From Raillietiella orientalis (taxonomy: Eukaryota), in assembly GCA_036172245.1 (NCBI GenBank), contig JAYWIR010000025.1:2356001-2420000 (forward strand): 64,000 bases of DNA. The letters run 5' to 3'. This document shows positions 39,101 to 53,388 of this stretch, piece after piece; the stretch's first letter is position 1; each line of letters starts with the position of its first letter. Below the pieces are notes generated by a model. That model saw only the letters and a program-made list of their open reading frames with translations, ran no database searches and was not told where the DNA came from. Made by a program: the position numbers and the translations under genes.

Positions 39101-41579
39101 TACATGATAATGCAAGGAGTGCACCAGTCTGTGGAAACCGCCCACGCTATAGTGTGGTCCTACGCATATGAATCCCATATTTGGCATACCCGAACTCCTC
39201 TCTGTGTCGTCCAACGAAAGATGCCGCATTCGTACACAGCAGTCCAGGAAAAACATACCTTCGGCTATAGAGCTCTTTAATCAGCAAGGTTCTTTGCGGA
39301 TGGCAGAAAGCCGTAGAAAAAAGACAGGTGAGGAAATAGTCTTAAATAAAATATGTGATTACTCCTAGACTGAGCTGAACTCTTTGCGATTGCAAAACAA
39401 ATGTGGGACGAGACTTACCGGGCGATTCTCGTATCTGTAAGCCTACCCGATATAGTGATCGGAAATCGCTTTTTTCCCTCTAATTCTGGTATACCGTGTG
39501 AAAGCAAGACCTCGAACTGTAATGTACACCCCGTTTTCCAAGAAACCTTACTTGCCTTTGCTAACTTCGATTCATTGAAGAACTTTGCAAATCGTAGGTT
39601 GAGAACACAGTACGAAAACGAGCCTTCCTAGAACAGTAAAACGAATGCTTCTTTCTTGACGGCACAAATGCGGTGAAAACCGTCATTTACTTCATTCACG
39701 GAGCACTTCGCAAGATGCGAAGGCAACGGGATGCAGGAGGAAGCATTCTGTTTCATGCTTCTATTCTGTAACTCCAATACGGGACTTTCTGTTCTTCGGA
39801 TGAGAACTCAAGCCGAGCATGAATCCCCGATGGAACGAAGAACTGTTCATCTGTACCTTGGAATAGTAGCGATGGGAATAGTGGAGTGGACAACTGCAGG
39901 CTTCTCGCCCTGGTCAAGTCGTGCTGTTGGAATAGCCAGGTGACACATACATGTGCAATGCATGTCATTCCGAAACGAACCTTCTGTGAGTTTGTTCTTT
40001 GGAATGTTCGATTCTCATTTAGGAGAACAACAACAACAAAAAAAGACTCAAAGACACGTTTCTTCTAGATTATGTTACTTCTGTCGGGCTTCTCTCGGTC
40101 TCCTGTGACAAGCATTGCTGGAAATAACTAGAGTACTTTACGATTTCGAGGGGTATTACTCCTGCAGATGCACCCCTGCGAACGAAGATGAAGTCTTTCC
40201 TTCAACGAGGGTGACCCCAAAAATGAGTTTGGCACATGACCTGAGTTTGGCACGCTAGCACGCAGAAAGTTTTCCGGTAACTCGAAGGTTCACGCAAAAG
40301 CTTCCCTCCTATTTATGCTAGAAATAGAGACCTCAGAAGGAGCTTCTATTTCTGAATGTGTAAAATGTCACTCGCAGAAACTAGGGTTATCATGTTATCA
40401 ATGTATTCTTGTCACACTATTATTATGAGATTACATGACTATTATGGTTGACGTATCAAATGTGTCATCACGATTCATCCGTTTCATTTTGTTCTGCTAC
40501 GAAGGAACGAGCAAAACATTGTGCATTTTAAATTCCGAGTGGTGACTTCATCAGATTCCCGCATTTTTTAAAGTCTCCAAGAAAATATGGTTTCAGAACG
40601 GATGTGACGGTTTTAATCACGAAATCTTTATCGACCATTGCCTTATTGTTTTGTCAAACAAGCATAACAAGTTTTCAGCCAGAATTCTTACTGTAGCTCT
40701 CGAGGCACTTATACAATTAGCTTCTCTTGTTATTAAGGCAAACATTAAAAATACTTTGGAAACATGGATGGACCAAAGTTTGGATAACTGCAATAAAAGA
40801 CAAGTATTAGAAGCCGAAGAGGAAATTTCCATTCAGAAAACTGAACACTTGCTAACTTGATTAGACCACACTTACTTAGAGCGAGAAGGTAGAAGATGGA
40901 TCATGGGAATTCATCCCTCAGAACTTCACAATACCAAAACAAAGTGCGCTAAAGCGCTAGAAAGCTAGCAGAAGAAAGCTATCAGTCACCTTGCATTTAA
41001 TTTTTCTGTTGCAATTTAAGAATTGCAACTACTCTGTGCACAGCCGTTATTGCATTCATTTCCATCGCAGTAAGTAGTCGGCAATCCTTGAATCATCCCT
41101 AGCATTCCAGAAATCCTTTTCTTTATCCATAGCGTTTGAAACTTGTTAGTTCTATATACGATTAAGGTAGCCTAAGTTCAGTCTCGTGGAATGCTTTCCA
41201 TACAAATTTTGTCGACTGCCCTAATGAGGTCTCGATTGGTCTTTTTGTTTCTCTTGATCAAACAGACAATTATCCCCAAATATCTTCTCATATAGATGAG
41301 AGAGACTTAGGAATGCTTCGCTACAATCTCGTGCGAAGAAAGGGGAGGGGGGTGACGAGTTCCTTCAATTATCGCCAAGGGAGACCCCATACTATCAGTG
41401 GGATATCCAGGAAAACTATTAAGCAGAAATATACCTGGTATTAGGCATAGCGTATGCCGCCATCTGATCTCAACTAACTACACTGTGTCGGATTTTCTGG
41501 TTGCCTTTTCTTTAGGAAGATTTGAGCAATTTGTTCGCCGGAGCCAAGAGCTAATACTGCAATGATGAGACACGTGAGC

Positions 41580-42401
41580 ACAGGGCACTACAAGCTTATC
41601 GGACCAGAACGGGAGTTTCCTAACCTTCCTTCATCAATCGCTGTGTCCATTGCTGATAAAGTGGATGATTTAATTTGTTTAATTGCAGAACGTGAAAAGA
41701 TCAGCTCGGTCTGCGGAGAATGACAGTTGGTAAAATTAGAACATTCTCGAAAATCATGTGCATATTCTAACTCCTGCTGATAGACAACTCCGTCTTTTCA
41801 CATTCCAAGTTTGCATTTAGAAAAGACGTCAGCTAGAAAGTCTCATAAACCAAGTAGGAAACGAATTGCAGATCGCGTACACGTGTTCTGCTTACAAAGA
41901 TTCAAGGTCATTTTAAGGAGATCCCATACTGTATAAAGTTGATGTTAACGATCTGCTGATAGTAGAAAAGCAAACTGCTATAATGGAAACGTTATCCTTA
42001 GTACGCTAGAAGATAAGCAGATTCTAAGCACCTACAAAGGTTTAGTTAACAAAGCAGGAAAGAGTGGCAATACTACTTAAGGTGCATATTATGAAAAACT
42101 TTTGATTAATTGATAGTACATTTGATAGTGAAGGAACAGCACCATGAAGTTGTGTTCTAGCTGCGTGTGAAAACATTCAGCAATCAATGGAAAACGATCT
42201 CTTCAATTCAGCGCTTGATTTAATTGCAGGTTTTGCTCCACTTATCAATCCATCCGTGGATAATATAGAGATCAACTGCGATTCCTAAAGGCCAAGGAGA
42301 AATAGGTCATCTTTGGTTGCGAGTGTTAATTCTACCTTTCGTTTAGTAGGGAATTCCGATTTTACGCAGGTAAATCAATGGATAAATGTCAGGCAGTATA
42401 A
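41580..42401 (+). pseudogene. glyS: Wolbachia-like glycyl-tRNA synthetase beta subunit, 3' half (nuclear endosymbiont insertion)
   Basis: HYKLIGPEREFPNLPSSIAVSIADKVDDLICLIA, GLRRMTVG, FCLQRFKVIL, QILSTYK, ALDLIAGFAPLIN, RRNRSSL, QVNQWIN. Recognised from recall as Wolbachia GlyS-like. Intronless, with many indels. Confidence 0.8.
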
Positions 42402-43555
42402 GGAACGAATCGGAACATCCCAACAGTCCTGTGGCGTGTATAAGATGGTTGGAAATAAGGGTGAGCTTTGGTACGGAGAAAAACTTGAAATCGAGGTCGT
42501 CTAGCCACCTTCCATTAGAAAACCTTTCTGTGAGAATCAAAATTATGCTCTCACAAGTTAAGATGAGACCTAAAAATGAAATCGAAGTGCTGCTTCTTGA
42601 TGCTGTACTCAGGGATGGCAAATCCCATCCTAATACGGCAATTTCCGAACATGATTACCCAGGAATAGAAAAAGGTAGAGGGGAATTTGAAAAGAGTGAA
42701 TCTCCCTATTTCCACCTGCTGCTGCCATTGAGAAAAGCTTTCCTCTTGAGAGTTGTGTCCAGATCGGCATTTTTTCTAAGCAAAAAGGCGATGTACTGAA
42801 CATCAAATTAAGCGCTGCTTAGCCCCACGCATTGGTAAAATCACATAAGATGTCTACTGCCAGCCAATGACACGTGCACTGGTATATTTTCCTTCGAAAA
42901 TCAGAATGAATAATTACAGAGACATCTTTATTTCGTTAAAAACTTCAGTGGTTGCCCAATGATGCCGTCTTGGCCATCTTTTTGATCAACTTGTCTAATC
43001 ATATTAACACACCACCAGTTAAAGTTTGTGTTCCAGATTTTATTAAGATGGAAATAATTATACGGAGCAAAGCTAATAAAAGTTGTACATGCAAAAAACA
43101 GTGAAGGGCGTGTTGGACTTGTTTACAATAATTCTCAGCATAGCTTGGGAAAAACTATTCTAGATTATGACATCAATCTAGAGAAACCCGAAAAACTGAA
43201 CAAAATTCGCTCGCTACCAAATATTCCAAAACGTATCGAGGGTTATGGTAATAGGCATATAGCCGAAGATTAAGTTGGTGTGCTGGTGGTTGCTGGACAG
43301 AAAGGTTTTTTTTTTTTAAAGAAAGAATACGGAAAATTTCCTATAAGAGGAGAAATTTCAGGTGATGACTGCAAAATGGTGAGAAAAGCACTGACCGGAC
43401 GTTTCTCCGGAAATTTAAAAGACATAATATCTGATTTTCTACTGATTGAGGATGGACCTACGCATGTATCCTTGGAGCGTACGGAAGCACATAGTCTTGC
43501 AATGACTTCACACGGGGAAAAAAAGGGATAAATCGTTTACAGTTTCGCGATTATG
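42386..43555 (+). pseudogene. uvrC: Wolbachia-like excinuclease ABC subunit C (nuclear endosymbiont insertion)
   Basis: GIY-YIG region QQSCGVYKMVG...KNLKSR, NEIEVLLLDA, LRDGKSHP, KAFLLRV, LPNIPKRIEGY, VVAGQKGF...SGDDCKMVRKALTGRF, DFLLIEDGP, EAHSLAMTSH. The start overlaps the glyS end, as in a bacterial operon. Confidence 0.85.
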
Positions 43556-44661
43556 CAAACGCTCAGTTGCATCCTACGTGCAACTCCTATGCACAACTGT
43601 GTTCATCTCGTGCTTGATACTCTCCCTGGTAGAGTTGCACGTCTTCCCTACTCCAAAAACGCCAATTTCGTAGAGCTACCAAATTTTAATTTCCCATCTT
43701 TTCCCACAACATCGCACCCGTTCTTTCGGGAGCTGCTGGGAACAGTCGTTTCCTCAGTGTATTTTGCAATCGTGTCGTTACAGAAATGGATGGATTTTAA
43801 TGTTTGCAAGGCTACCGAGTTCTCTTCCTTAAATGACACCGCTAAAGGATAAAGTGAGAATGTTCTAATCAAAAACTGAAATGCATGTGACATCCTTTCC
43901 TTATGTGTAGGGCTTCAACTACGAAAACAATTTTTTACGAGCAGTATTTTAGTTAGTAGTCTCTACATTGTATTACATTGTACCACGAAATGCAGACCGT
44001 TTCCGGGCTCCAGCTTACACTGCTACAGGATAGAACCTATCCGTCAGTCGCAAAGCAAATACGCTCCAGATTGAAGTGGAAGTATTGATCCAAGCGGTGG
44101 CTGCCACACGTTGCATTGGAAGTGGGCGTCTTCACAGAAAGGAATGTTAAAACAGAAAGTGAATTTTGTGTTGCATCATCATACACGAAAGCATTGAAGA
44201 CTATGAACAGATGGCCACAGATGCAAACTAGTCAATGACAGTTAGCATGCTAACGTAGAAGAATCGCGCTAACGCCATGGCAATTCTAAGTTTACCAAAT
44301 AAACAGATTCGTTGCTCCAGGAAAAAAGTTTTAAATCATATTTACGTAAAACCTTAAAACGGGAACACAAGCATGATATCCAAATGTTTAAAAAATACTT
44401 AATCATGTACTTCCCATGGAGGACATTTCGGATATACCCCCACATACGTTATGATTCACCTACCGTGAAACAAAGAGTCTTTAATTATTTTATGTTCCAA
44501 AACTCAGCACTAGCTATTCACACAAAGACTTTTATTATATCATAGAAACCTGTCAAATCCGTCACTTCAATACCACTTTGGCATACTTTTACAAAGAACT
44601 AAGCAATCCTATGAAAGACATGGAAAGGTTGGTGGTGCAATTTTTCATTGACTGAACCTCT

Positions 44662-47600
44662 TCATTGAGAAAGGATGTTTCTAATACCAGTGAAATCTTG
44701 CAGGCAATATTTCAACCAATGTTGATAGCGCACAGCTTGACTGAACAGCTGAGATAACGAATTCTGCTTTAAAATCTCTTCAACCTTCTTTAGTTCATCT
44801 TGAACTAGTTGTTCTTTGGTTCCATCTTCGAATTTTGGACGCTTATTAAAAATACAAACACCATTCTTTGATGAACTTTGACAAAGTCTTAACTGAGTGA
44901 AAACAAATCGGCGATGATACCACAGAGCTTCATGGTCTGGAAATTGCTGTAACAGTTTATAATTGCAATCCAATTCTTCATCATATAAGCTGACTGCATT
45001 TTCACTTTGCTGTGCCATTAATTTCAATAGGTACTGCCGATACCGTAAAGCACTGTGATCTGATACTTGCTGACAAATCCAAATGTTGGATTGGTTTAAT
45101 TCTTCTTCATACATATGCTTACAAGCGTTCTGTTGCAATAGCCACTGGCGATGGGACCAAGCAGCATAATTATTAGGATATCTTCTGGCAGCAAGAGTGC
45201 AGATATCAAGTTCTTGTTTCAGTGTTTCCTTGCGAGATAACAGTAGAAGTGCATAATGACTCCAAACCCATCTAGAAATCAACTCACTAGTAATAATTTT
45301 GACAACAATCATTACCTCTTTTGACAATATGGCTGAGTGGCTTTAGGGTTCCTAGTTAATACAAGATCAGTAAGGTGTAATTCCCAGAAAGGATTAATGT
45401 GACCATCCAAAAGCATCTCCTTATGAATATTCCAAACTGTGCTGATCTCTGGATTGAGTAAAATAAGAATAGTTGTCATGTGTTGCAATTGTTCCGGATC
45501 TGCAGTTGGAAATAGGAGATGAAAAACAAAAATGAAAACAAAAATCTGAGATATTTTAAAACAAAACTACATGAAAGTCTTCAGAAAATGATCCTCTAAT
45601 CATCTCTACATACTCTACATAATTAGCACACATACACAAGTTTAGTAGCATTATCCGTTCATTTTTTTCATTGCATTCTCCGGTTATAAACATTAGAACT
45701 GATAGAATTGTGAGCACATGAGCAGAAAACAGTCACAACCAGCATTACAGATATAGATATACAAGAAACTACAAAAACAATGCATAATGAACAAGATCTG
45801 AATTAAGATACAGTATTTCAATTACTGCTTTCCAGAATATTGGGTCCCAATAACTTTTAATGAGGGCTTTTGAATCAACAAGTTTCACGGATCTGAAGTT
45901 AAGACTGATTAGTGATGTGTTGTGTGAAAGAAATTTGGTACAATATCACCTCTTCAAAGAACTTTTGCATTAATTCTAAGATTTGATATCCATTAATGCT
46001 TATCAACCTTTCTATCTTAGCCCATTTCTTTGTTCAAAAGTAATTTCAGCTTTCCATTAAGTCATTTAAATATTCAGTTTTTGCACTTTGTTATTTCTGT
46101 AGAACTACTTTTAAATTTTCATAGACCTGCCTTTACTCGGATATTTTTCCAATTAAATGCATTCATAGATTTACTTAATGACAACATAGCATCATAAATA
46201 TGGGTGGACATTCACCCATAGTAAATAAGGGATTGGTTTTCTTCACTTTTTGGCATGGATTATCATTAAAACAACTGTATTTTTACCATCTGTACTTTGA
46301 ACATATCCTTTCTTAGGAAGAAATCCATAAGCAAAGAGAAGCCTTGTTTGTTTGTTTTGTTCATTTTCGCAATTCGAAAGTACTTATTTATCCGGATTCC
46401 ATCGTGCATTACTTTTTCTCACACTTTTAATTGGTGTGAATAAGTTGAATTCACATGCATGCATGTGAATTATGACTGAAACAAATGACTAAATTTCCAA
46501 AGCTTTCATTTCCACGAACTTTTTATGAGTTGGCATTTCTTAATGTACAAATCTTAGCATTTGTAATTTTCATTTGAAAATTTCCATTAAAGAAACATTC
46601 TTTTTGTGAATTCCTTTCGGAAGCATTTGAAAAATTTTGGCACAGAATGAATTACATTGGTCATGTACCTTATTCAGGAGTGTTTAATGCATGGAAATAT
46701 TTAGATATAGTAGTAACTTTCGAATAGTACGTTCTTAATGTACAATGCAATAAATGTGGGACAATTTAGAATCTTGTGACTTCATGCATGGTTTTAGCAA
46801 TGCAGGTCCCTAAGGAGAATATCATTGGGAAATTATCGCTTATGTATTATATTTTCGGATAGAGGCAACAATTAATGTCCACTTCATCAACTTTGATAAA
46901 TAACCCTTTGTAAGTACTCAAGTATCAATTGTCGTGCTATGATCAATTTTCATGGGAAAAAATAAAATGTAGTGTACCAATACATTTGTTTGAGCTGAAA
47001 TGCAGACAGGAGCTTTCAGTACATAATACTTTCCGTAACAATGATTCCTTTATTGTTCTTGTGTTTGTTTTTTAAACAGTTATGAATGGTACTTATCACT
47101 CATATCCTTTTCCTTATTTTTCATGAGAAAATAAATTTGATGAAATTTCTCTTTTCCCCTTTAAAAGATCATCATCTGAGAAACGAGGTATCAAACTATC
47201 TTAATCAAAGCTCGGTTTGGATTCATAGTTTTCATCTTTATGAATATTATCTGTTATTGTGTGCAGTTATTGCAATCAGTAATTCAGGAGTGATACTAAC
47301 TATTAAATAGTCCGAAATCATCATACTTATTTGGGAGAAACATATCTGAAACATTACCAGAATTCTCATAACAATGTAATAAAAGCATTAGCAATGAAAG
47401 AATTTATTCTATGGCTTTCAAAGACAATTTCTGTATGCTAGAAGTTTTGACAAAATGATCATGACTTTATATTTTGACTGACCTACCCCACTTCCCTTCT
47501 CTTCTTAGATGCATAGTCAGTTTGTATGCATACAGAAATACAAGTTCCACACACCAAGATTCTAATGCCAATTTGTTGTCAACATGAACAACTGGACTTC

Positions 47601-49756
47601 TGTTCTTCTCATCCGGTATGGAAATAATGTCAAATTCATCTCTGGAGAAACAAAATACTAAAATTTAGCAAAATCTTATAGTTAGCAAAATCTTATAGCT
47701 AAATTTTGGAATTCTTTGATTCATACTTAAAGAGTGAGCAAGTTTCCAAAACATGCTTTACATCAACATCCACCATTGTTATTCATTGTCATGTAATTCA
47801 TTATAACATAAGATTAACAATCTCAAAGATAATAGTAACTGTTAGAACTAACTACACACAAGTAAAAACGCTTTTACTCAATATCATACGTGAGTGCAAC
47901 AATACTCTTGAACAGTAGAATATTTTTTTTACTACAAGAAAAATTAAAATTGATAGCAGTTGCTAACTTTCTTAAAAAAATTCCTTTTGCTTTTCGAATT
48001 TATGAAATAAACTGATATCAACAAAACAAATACTTGGGATTGAAACTGAAATGAAAACCATGAACTGCTATGGTTGGAATTGAAAAAAATACATACACAC
48101 ACACAATGTGTAAAAAAACACAGACACTTCTCCTAAATATCATGGTAAACAGAAATGAGCACTCATATGAAATGCAAAATAAGATCCTGAAGAATTCCAT
48201 GGAACAAATTATAGATGTTCTACTCTCTTATAAATAAATTAAGTCATAAATGAAACCCCCTCAAGATTTATGTAAAGGAAAACAAGAATTCTAGGAGTAA
48301 GCTCTTTTTAACTTATTGAGAACTTTCCTTTAAAAAAAATATATGTGGAAATGTTGCATCTTGAATGCTAAGAAATGGAAAACCAACACACTGTTTTAAT
48401 CAACTCATGATTAAGAATGCAAAATACCGAGAAAAATCAGCACGACTTTTGCTAAATTCAACAATTGAAACAACAAGGTCAAAAATGAAATAGTTGATGA
48501 AATAAGTCAAAAGTGTCATCACAGAAAAGTAAGGGTGATAAAGTTGTTGTAAAGGCACTTGTTGCTTGAGTACGCTTGGCTTATGCATACTTCTTTGTAG
48601 AAACCATGTGCCACAATTTCAATTTGTCTGATAACTCACTTTCTAAAGATTGAAATTTGCCAAATTAACACTACAAGAGAATAAGCACAACATAACACAT
48701 GAAATCCGAAAATCCTGTTTGTGCAACCACAAACAAGCCACTTGAGATTAATGAAATTTTCAACCAACACCTGATAACTACTCTCAAATAAAATGATACA
48801 ACCAGAAAGTGTAATTAAAATCTTTATTCCAGGCTTCATGCTGATATAATGTGATTCCACATTCAATATTGTAGTTTAATATTGTACAATAAATGCAATA
48901 TCATAAGTTATCTGTTAAATTGTATTTACGTATTTATATAGGCATAGTTTTATGAATTATTGTTGATAATTAAGCAATCATGTTTTAGGCAGGGCAAATC
49001 AATCATGAGGACCGGAATACTATTCAAATATTTAGAAAAATTCATGGCTATATAGGTTATTTTCAGTTCAAACCTTTTGAGACACATAAACAACACAGCA
49101 TTACTAAACAACTATCCCACAAAAGTAAGAGAATTTCTGATCTCTTTATTTACTTTATGAAAACTGAGCTTCCAGCTGAACCCAAGAAAAGTTTTTCTTT
49201 TTAACCTCTCACAAAATTTCCAAAACGTATTTCTTATGATCTAATTTGTAGAATTTGTATTACTAGATGTCTGACTCGAGTTTCAGTATTTTTTTTTTCT
49301 TTTTTACCCATACAGAACTGAACCACTTTAACAAAGTTGAATAAGCATGTGCATGCTAATGTATAATAATGTTTAAACTAAATAGCCGCAATCCACTACC
49401 CCAATAATCTGAAATTTGTTCTAATAAACTGAACTTGTAAATTTCTGCAAAACTACAACGCAAAACACTCTCCATGTCTGTGAAGTACAAAGAAACAACA
49501 AGTATAATATTATCCAATATTTTTCAGTCCATTCACAAATTAGATATTGTCGTGCATGCATTATTTTGAAGTCAATATTTGCTGAAATAATATCCTTACT
49601 TAACCAATATAACGATTCCAATGATCAAAATAACACAGAGTGCAAGTTTTAATTACACACTCACATATTGGCATTATTTTGCAACACATTAACCACATCA
49701 GATATGATTTTTTTTGCTAAATCTTCTGTATCAAACCGTGGCATTTCAAAAGACAT
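44662..49756 (-). CDS. PTAR1: Protein prenyltransferase alpha subunit repeat-containing protein 1; exons 49665-49756, 47487-47641, 45316-45499, 44662-45271 (346 aa)
   Basis: Spliced ORF is open: DEFDIISIPDEKNRSPVVHVDNKLALESWCV, ILLNPEISTVWNIHKE, RYPNNYAAWSHRQWLL, VSDHSALRYRQYLL, FPDHEALWYHRRFV. GT-AG introns with consistent phases. Confidence 0.92.
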
Positions 49757-49959
49757 TTTGTTCAGTCGTCCACTATGCCTAGATGTCTAAGACGTTCACC
49801 TACTACTGAGAGCTTTGGAACTCTTCTTTGGGTTACCATACCAATTATCCAGATGCCACGATATCAAGTGTTTATCTGCAACACCAGTTGATTCGACTCA
49901 TTACATAGTTAACTAAACAAATGCATCAAAAAAGCGGGAACACGAACAACATGAAACAC

Positions 49960-50140
49960 CAAGTGAAAGCATTTCATGCCGACGGAGTTCCACTTCACCG
50001 CACGCTGCTGCGCCCGCGAATCCTCCGGCCCGTCCGCCGAAGGGCTCCCGCGGGCGCCCCGGCGGCGCCCACCAACCACTCGTCCACACTTCCTTCCGGT
50101 GGGCTCCTCCTTCCAGCTGCACACGCCAAGTGCACAACCT
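49960..50140 (-). mobile_element. GC-rich 3' fragment of an RLE-type non-LTR retrotransposon
   Basis: Minus-strand SVDEWLVGAAGA and QQRAVKWNS resemble the VGALG...IKWSR tail of Utopia/NeSL-like endonucleases. Weak match. Confidence 0.35.
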
Positions 50141-52783
50141 GAAACCAAGGGCAGAAGGGAAGGAGAAGGGCAAAAAAGGGAAACCGAGCATGGGTGTGTT
50201 CTCTCTCTCTCTCTCTCTCCAGTGCAGTTGCATGCTCCTAGAGCTGTGTTGCTGGAATCACTTCCTTGTACTCACGTGCGCCACCGTGTCCATTCTTTTC
50301 CCTCATACGCACCAACGGAAGAACTGAGAAAGAGTGAAGTTCTCTTGCTTAGATACGTAAAGGTCTAATGCAGAACAACATCCTCTCCCCCTCCCCCTGT
50401 GGTTTTGAAGCAAATAAGCTGACTGTTCCGATTCATCCTTCAATCTGAACATAGATTTCTTAATATAGGCTTCCTTCTCGTCTCCTACACTGTTGGACAC
50501 TATTTGCAATGATAGTGTTCGCGATACTTTTGAAAGGAAAAAAAAAATCCAAAAGAGATTCCCTCGACTTCGATTTGATACAGACTGGATACCAACCGGA
50601 TTTCATTCAAATTGGTTTCATTCAAGTGGTACGTGAAAGTCTAATACCGAAAAGCCATGTTAACCTGACATTTTATTCGTATTGATGAAACATGTTTTGA
50701 CACACTGTAGCACAACATTGTACTTAATAAGAATTTAAGAGGAAATCGTTCCTTCACAAGACACTCAAACTTGTGAAGAAGCAGCAATCCATCCAACTGT
50801 GCGTCCCTTCGACTGTGGCACACCTCCCACTACACACACACACACACACACAAAATACAACATTCATTCGAGACTCCTTAGTGGACGGAACTGCATCTGC
50901 AATCTCTCATTCCACCGAGCTTCTAATCCATGTTCCCGTTCAATAAATGTAGGGCGTCATCTTTTGCCAATTCTTTGCTCAAAACGAAGCAGAACATGGT
51001 ATTCCTTACCATGTTCTGCTTGCCATCAGAAACGCGTGTAACCCAATGCGAATGAGAATTCTCACTCTGAAAATCATCAATACAGAAAAGTAAATTGTTG
51101 ACTCATACAATAAAACTATTTATTGTATGCACCTTAAACTTTTTTAGATGGCAGATAATGCAATTGCTGAGAAAAACATGCCTTGAATGCAAATAATGAG
51201 ATTACAATAAAGAATGCAATAACATTAGTGAGGTTCATCTCTCATGCTTTTAAGATGCGGAAAAGATTTTACGAGAAATGTTCTTATGAATTCCAAACAT
51301 TCCACGGACCACGGATTAAGGCATGAAACAAGTTTATTTGGGAACAAATTACAAAGGGATAGAAATCCATTAGCCTGGAAAACAGAAACAGCAATCTTCA
51401 TTCAGTTGTAACCCAACTGCATATACGATGGTTGTTCATTTATTATACCCTCGCTGTTCTCTATCTTCGATGCTTAACAGCCATCACACTTGAAGAAGGA
51501 GTCTCAGGCAGACTTCCAGTTGTAAAATGGCTGCTGTGGGTTGCAGCTGACATGCCCTCAAATGCCATGGTTTAGAAGATGCATCAGCAGAAAAGTGGAC
51601 ACCTTCCGGCTTCCTTTCTAGCCTTGGGAGAACGAAATCACATGATGGAAGGCCAGAAGATAGGTACCGGAAAGGTATTTTTCAGGCTGGTTTTCGTTGC
51701 AACCAGATGCCATTCAGGAACGGAGCATCAATAGAGTGAGACGACACCTACCTAGTAGCTTTCATCTCGCTACTCCAATCTCCTCAATCTCTTCTTTCAC
51801 GGACCTCATACCAAAGGACTTTTGAGAACAAGACTTCAAAGCAATACTCTCCATTCACCACAACATTCCACAGGATGTGACTACAGTAAAAGAATGTCTT
51901 TCGTAATCGGAGAAACAGCTTCCCTTTGTTTTGTAGCAGCCTTCTCAGTGAATAGAAATGCCTTCATAGCGTCGGTGATTCATTTGTTCCCAACATCCTA
52001 ATCACGGTGTTATTGGCAACAGCTGTGTTCGCGAGTAGCCTCGTTATTTTGCTCAGGTGTCCCCCCCCTCCCCCTCATGCATTTTCACTCATCGCAGCGT
52101 CCTGTTGATTTGGTTCTTCATATTTGCGGCTCATTCTTCAAGCCAGTATCGGGACGAAGAGGAGGATGAGAGGTCTACGGATACAGAGACGGATGGCGCA
52201 GATGCGATGTTCTTTCTTCATGGTTTTTTGCACGAGCAGCTTTATTTGGGGGGTAACCAACTTTCATTGACTATCCGACATCCTAGTCGTCCACCGTGAA
52301 TAGTCGATCCTCTTCAGGCAGCTCGTGCCACTTCAAACGCTGCTTAACGCCAAACGCTTCGCAAATCTGAGTCATCTTGGAAGCCCAGAGGCATAGAAAC
52401 GAAGTACTCCAGCCTGAACAGCTTCGCCGAATGCACACACGACGACTGAAAGGTTAAAGCTCAATGCACCAGTATGAAGTACAATCTATGAAGATGCAGA
52501 CGTATATAGATATATTTTTGTATATCCTTTGTATGTGTGGTTCACATCGTTTTCTATTTAGGGACACAATAAATACACATCACTTTCTCACTCACGTTTA
52601 TGTGTACCTAATTTGCTTATATTGTCCTGTATCCATCGACATTGGTGTCTGGAATGCGTGGGTAAGCCCTTCTTTCAAGGTTTTCGTGAACTCAAGTCTT
52701 GAAGACAAAAGGAATTCACCTAAAGATTAGTTGATGTTGCAGCAGACTGGATTCCATTCCATAGTGAGTAGCCACGTTTTCAA

Positions 52784-53388
52784 TACGGTGGACCCGCGTA
52801 TAACGAAATTATGCGCTCCGGGTGATACGCATCCACGTTACACGAGCCCTATGGGTTTTGAGATAGATACGATAGCATTTATAAAAGATATGCATGCATC
52901 TCAAAAGGCGTGTAACAGTAGAGTATTTATTTCCACCTGAAACAAAAACAAACAAATTAAAGGTGTTTATTTCTCATTTAACTTGAAGTTAAAAAAAATT
53001 ACAACAACAACTTAAATTCGAAAGTTCAGCCATGTCTTTCTCCTTTTTACTCAGAGAGTCAAGCTCTTCTGATCTGTGGCTTTTCCTCATCCTCTTTCGG
53101 CACAACCAAACACCTCAAAGACTTTCCTCATGGAGGCTTCGCAATGACCTCGAACTGAGGTTGTGCTTAGAGGTTTGTTGATGTTCAATCACTTTAAACT
53201 TCAGTTCTGTAATTCTCGTTGTTCAAAGATCACATGGTCGTTTTCTTTTAAAAACAACTCAATTGAGACTCCACCGCAAAGTGAAAACGCGTCCGCAGTA
53301 TTTTGACAGGGATGGTTTGCACGGCGCCACACGATGACCCGCCGTTTTTTTTCGTTAACACGAATCCGCGTTATACGGAGATGTGCTG
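52784..53388. mobile_element. Possible pogo/Tigger-like DNA transposon remnant
   Basis: Left end TA-CGGTGGACCCGCGTATAACGAA and the inverted right end (rc CAGCACATCTCCGTATAACGCGG) share CGTATAACG, resembling pogo-type terminal inverted repeats. Degenerate. Confidence 0.3.

Noticed and set aside
38892..39256. SSANDSS and KEFSS as bunyavirus-like RdRp motifs C and E
   Set aside because: They are in the wrong order, and there is no convincing motif A or B.
40600..41570. Possible extension of the Wolbachia insert, or a Penelope RT (MGSPLA)
   Set aside because: No supporting motifs. It could not be assigned.
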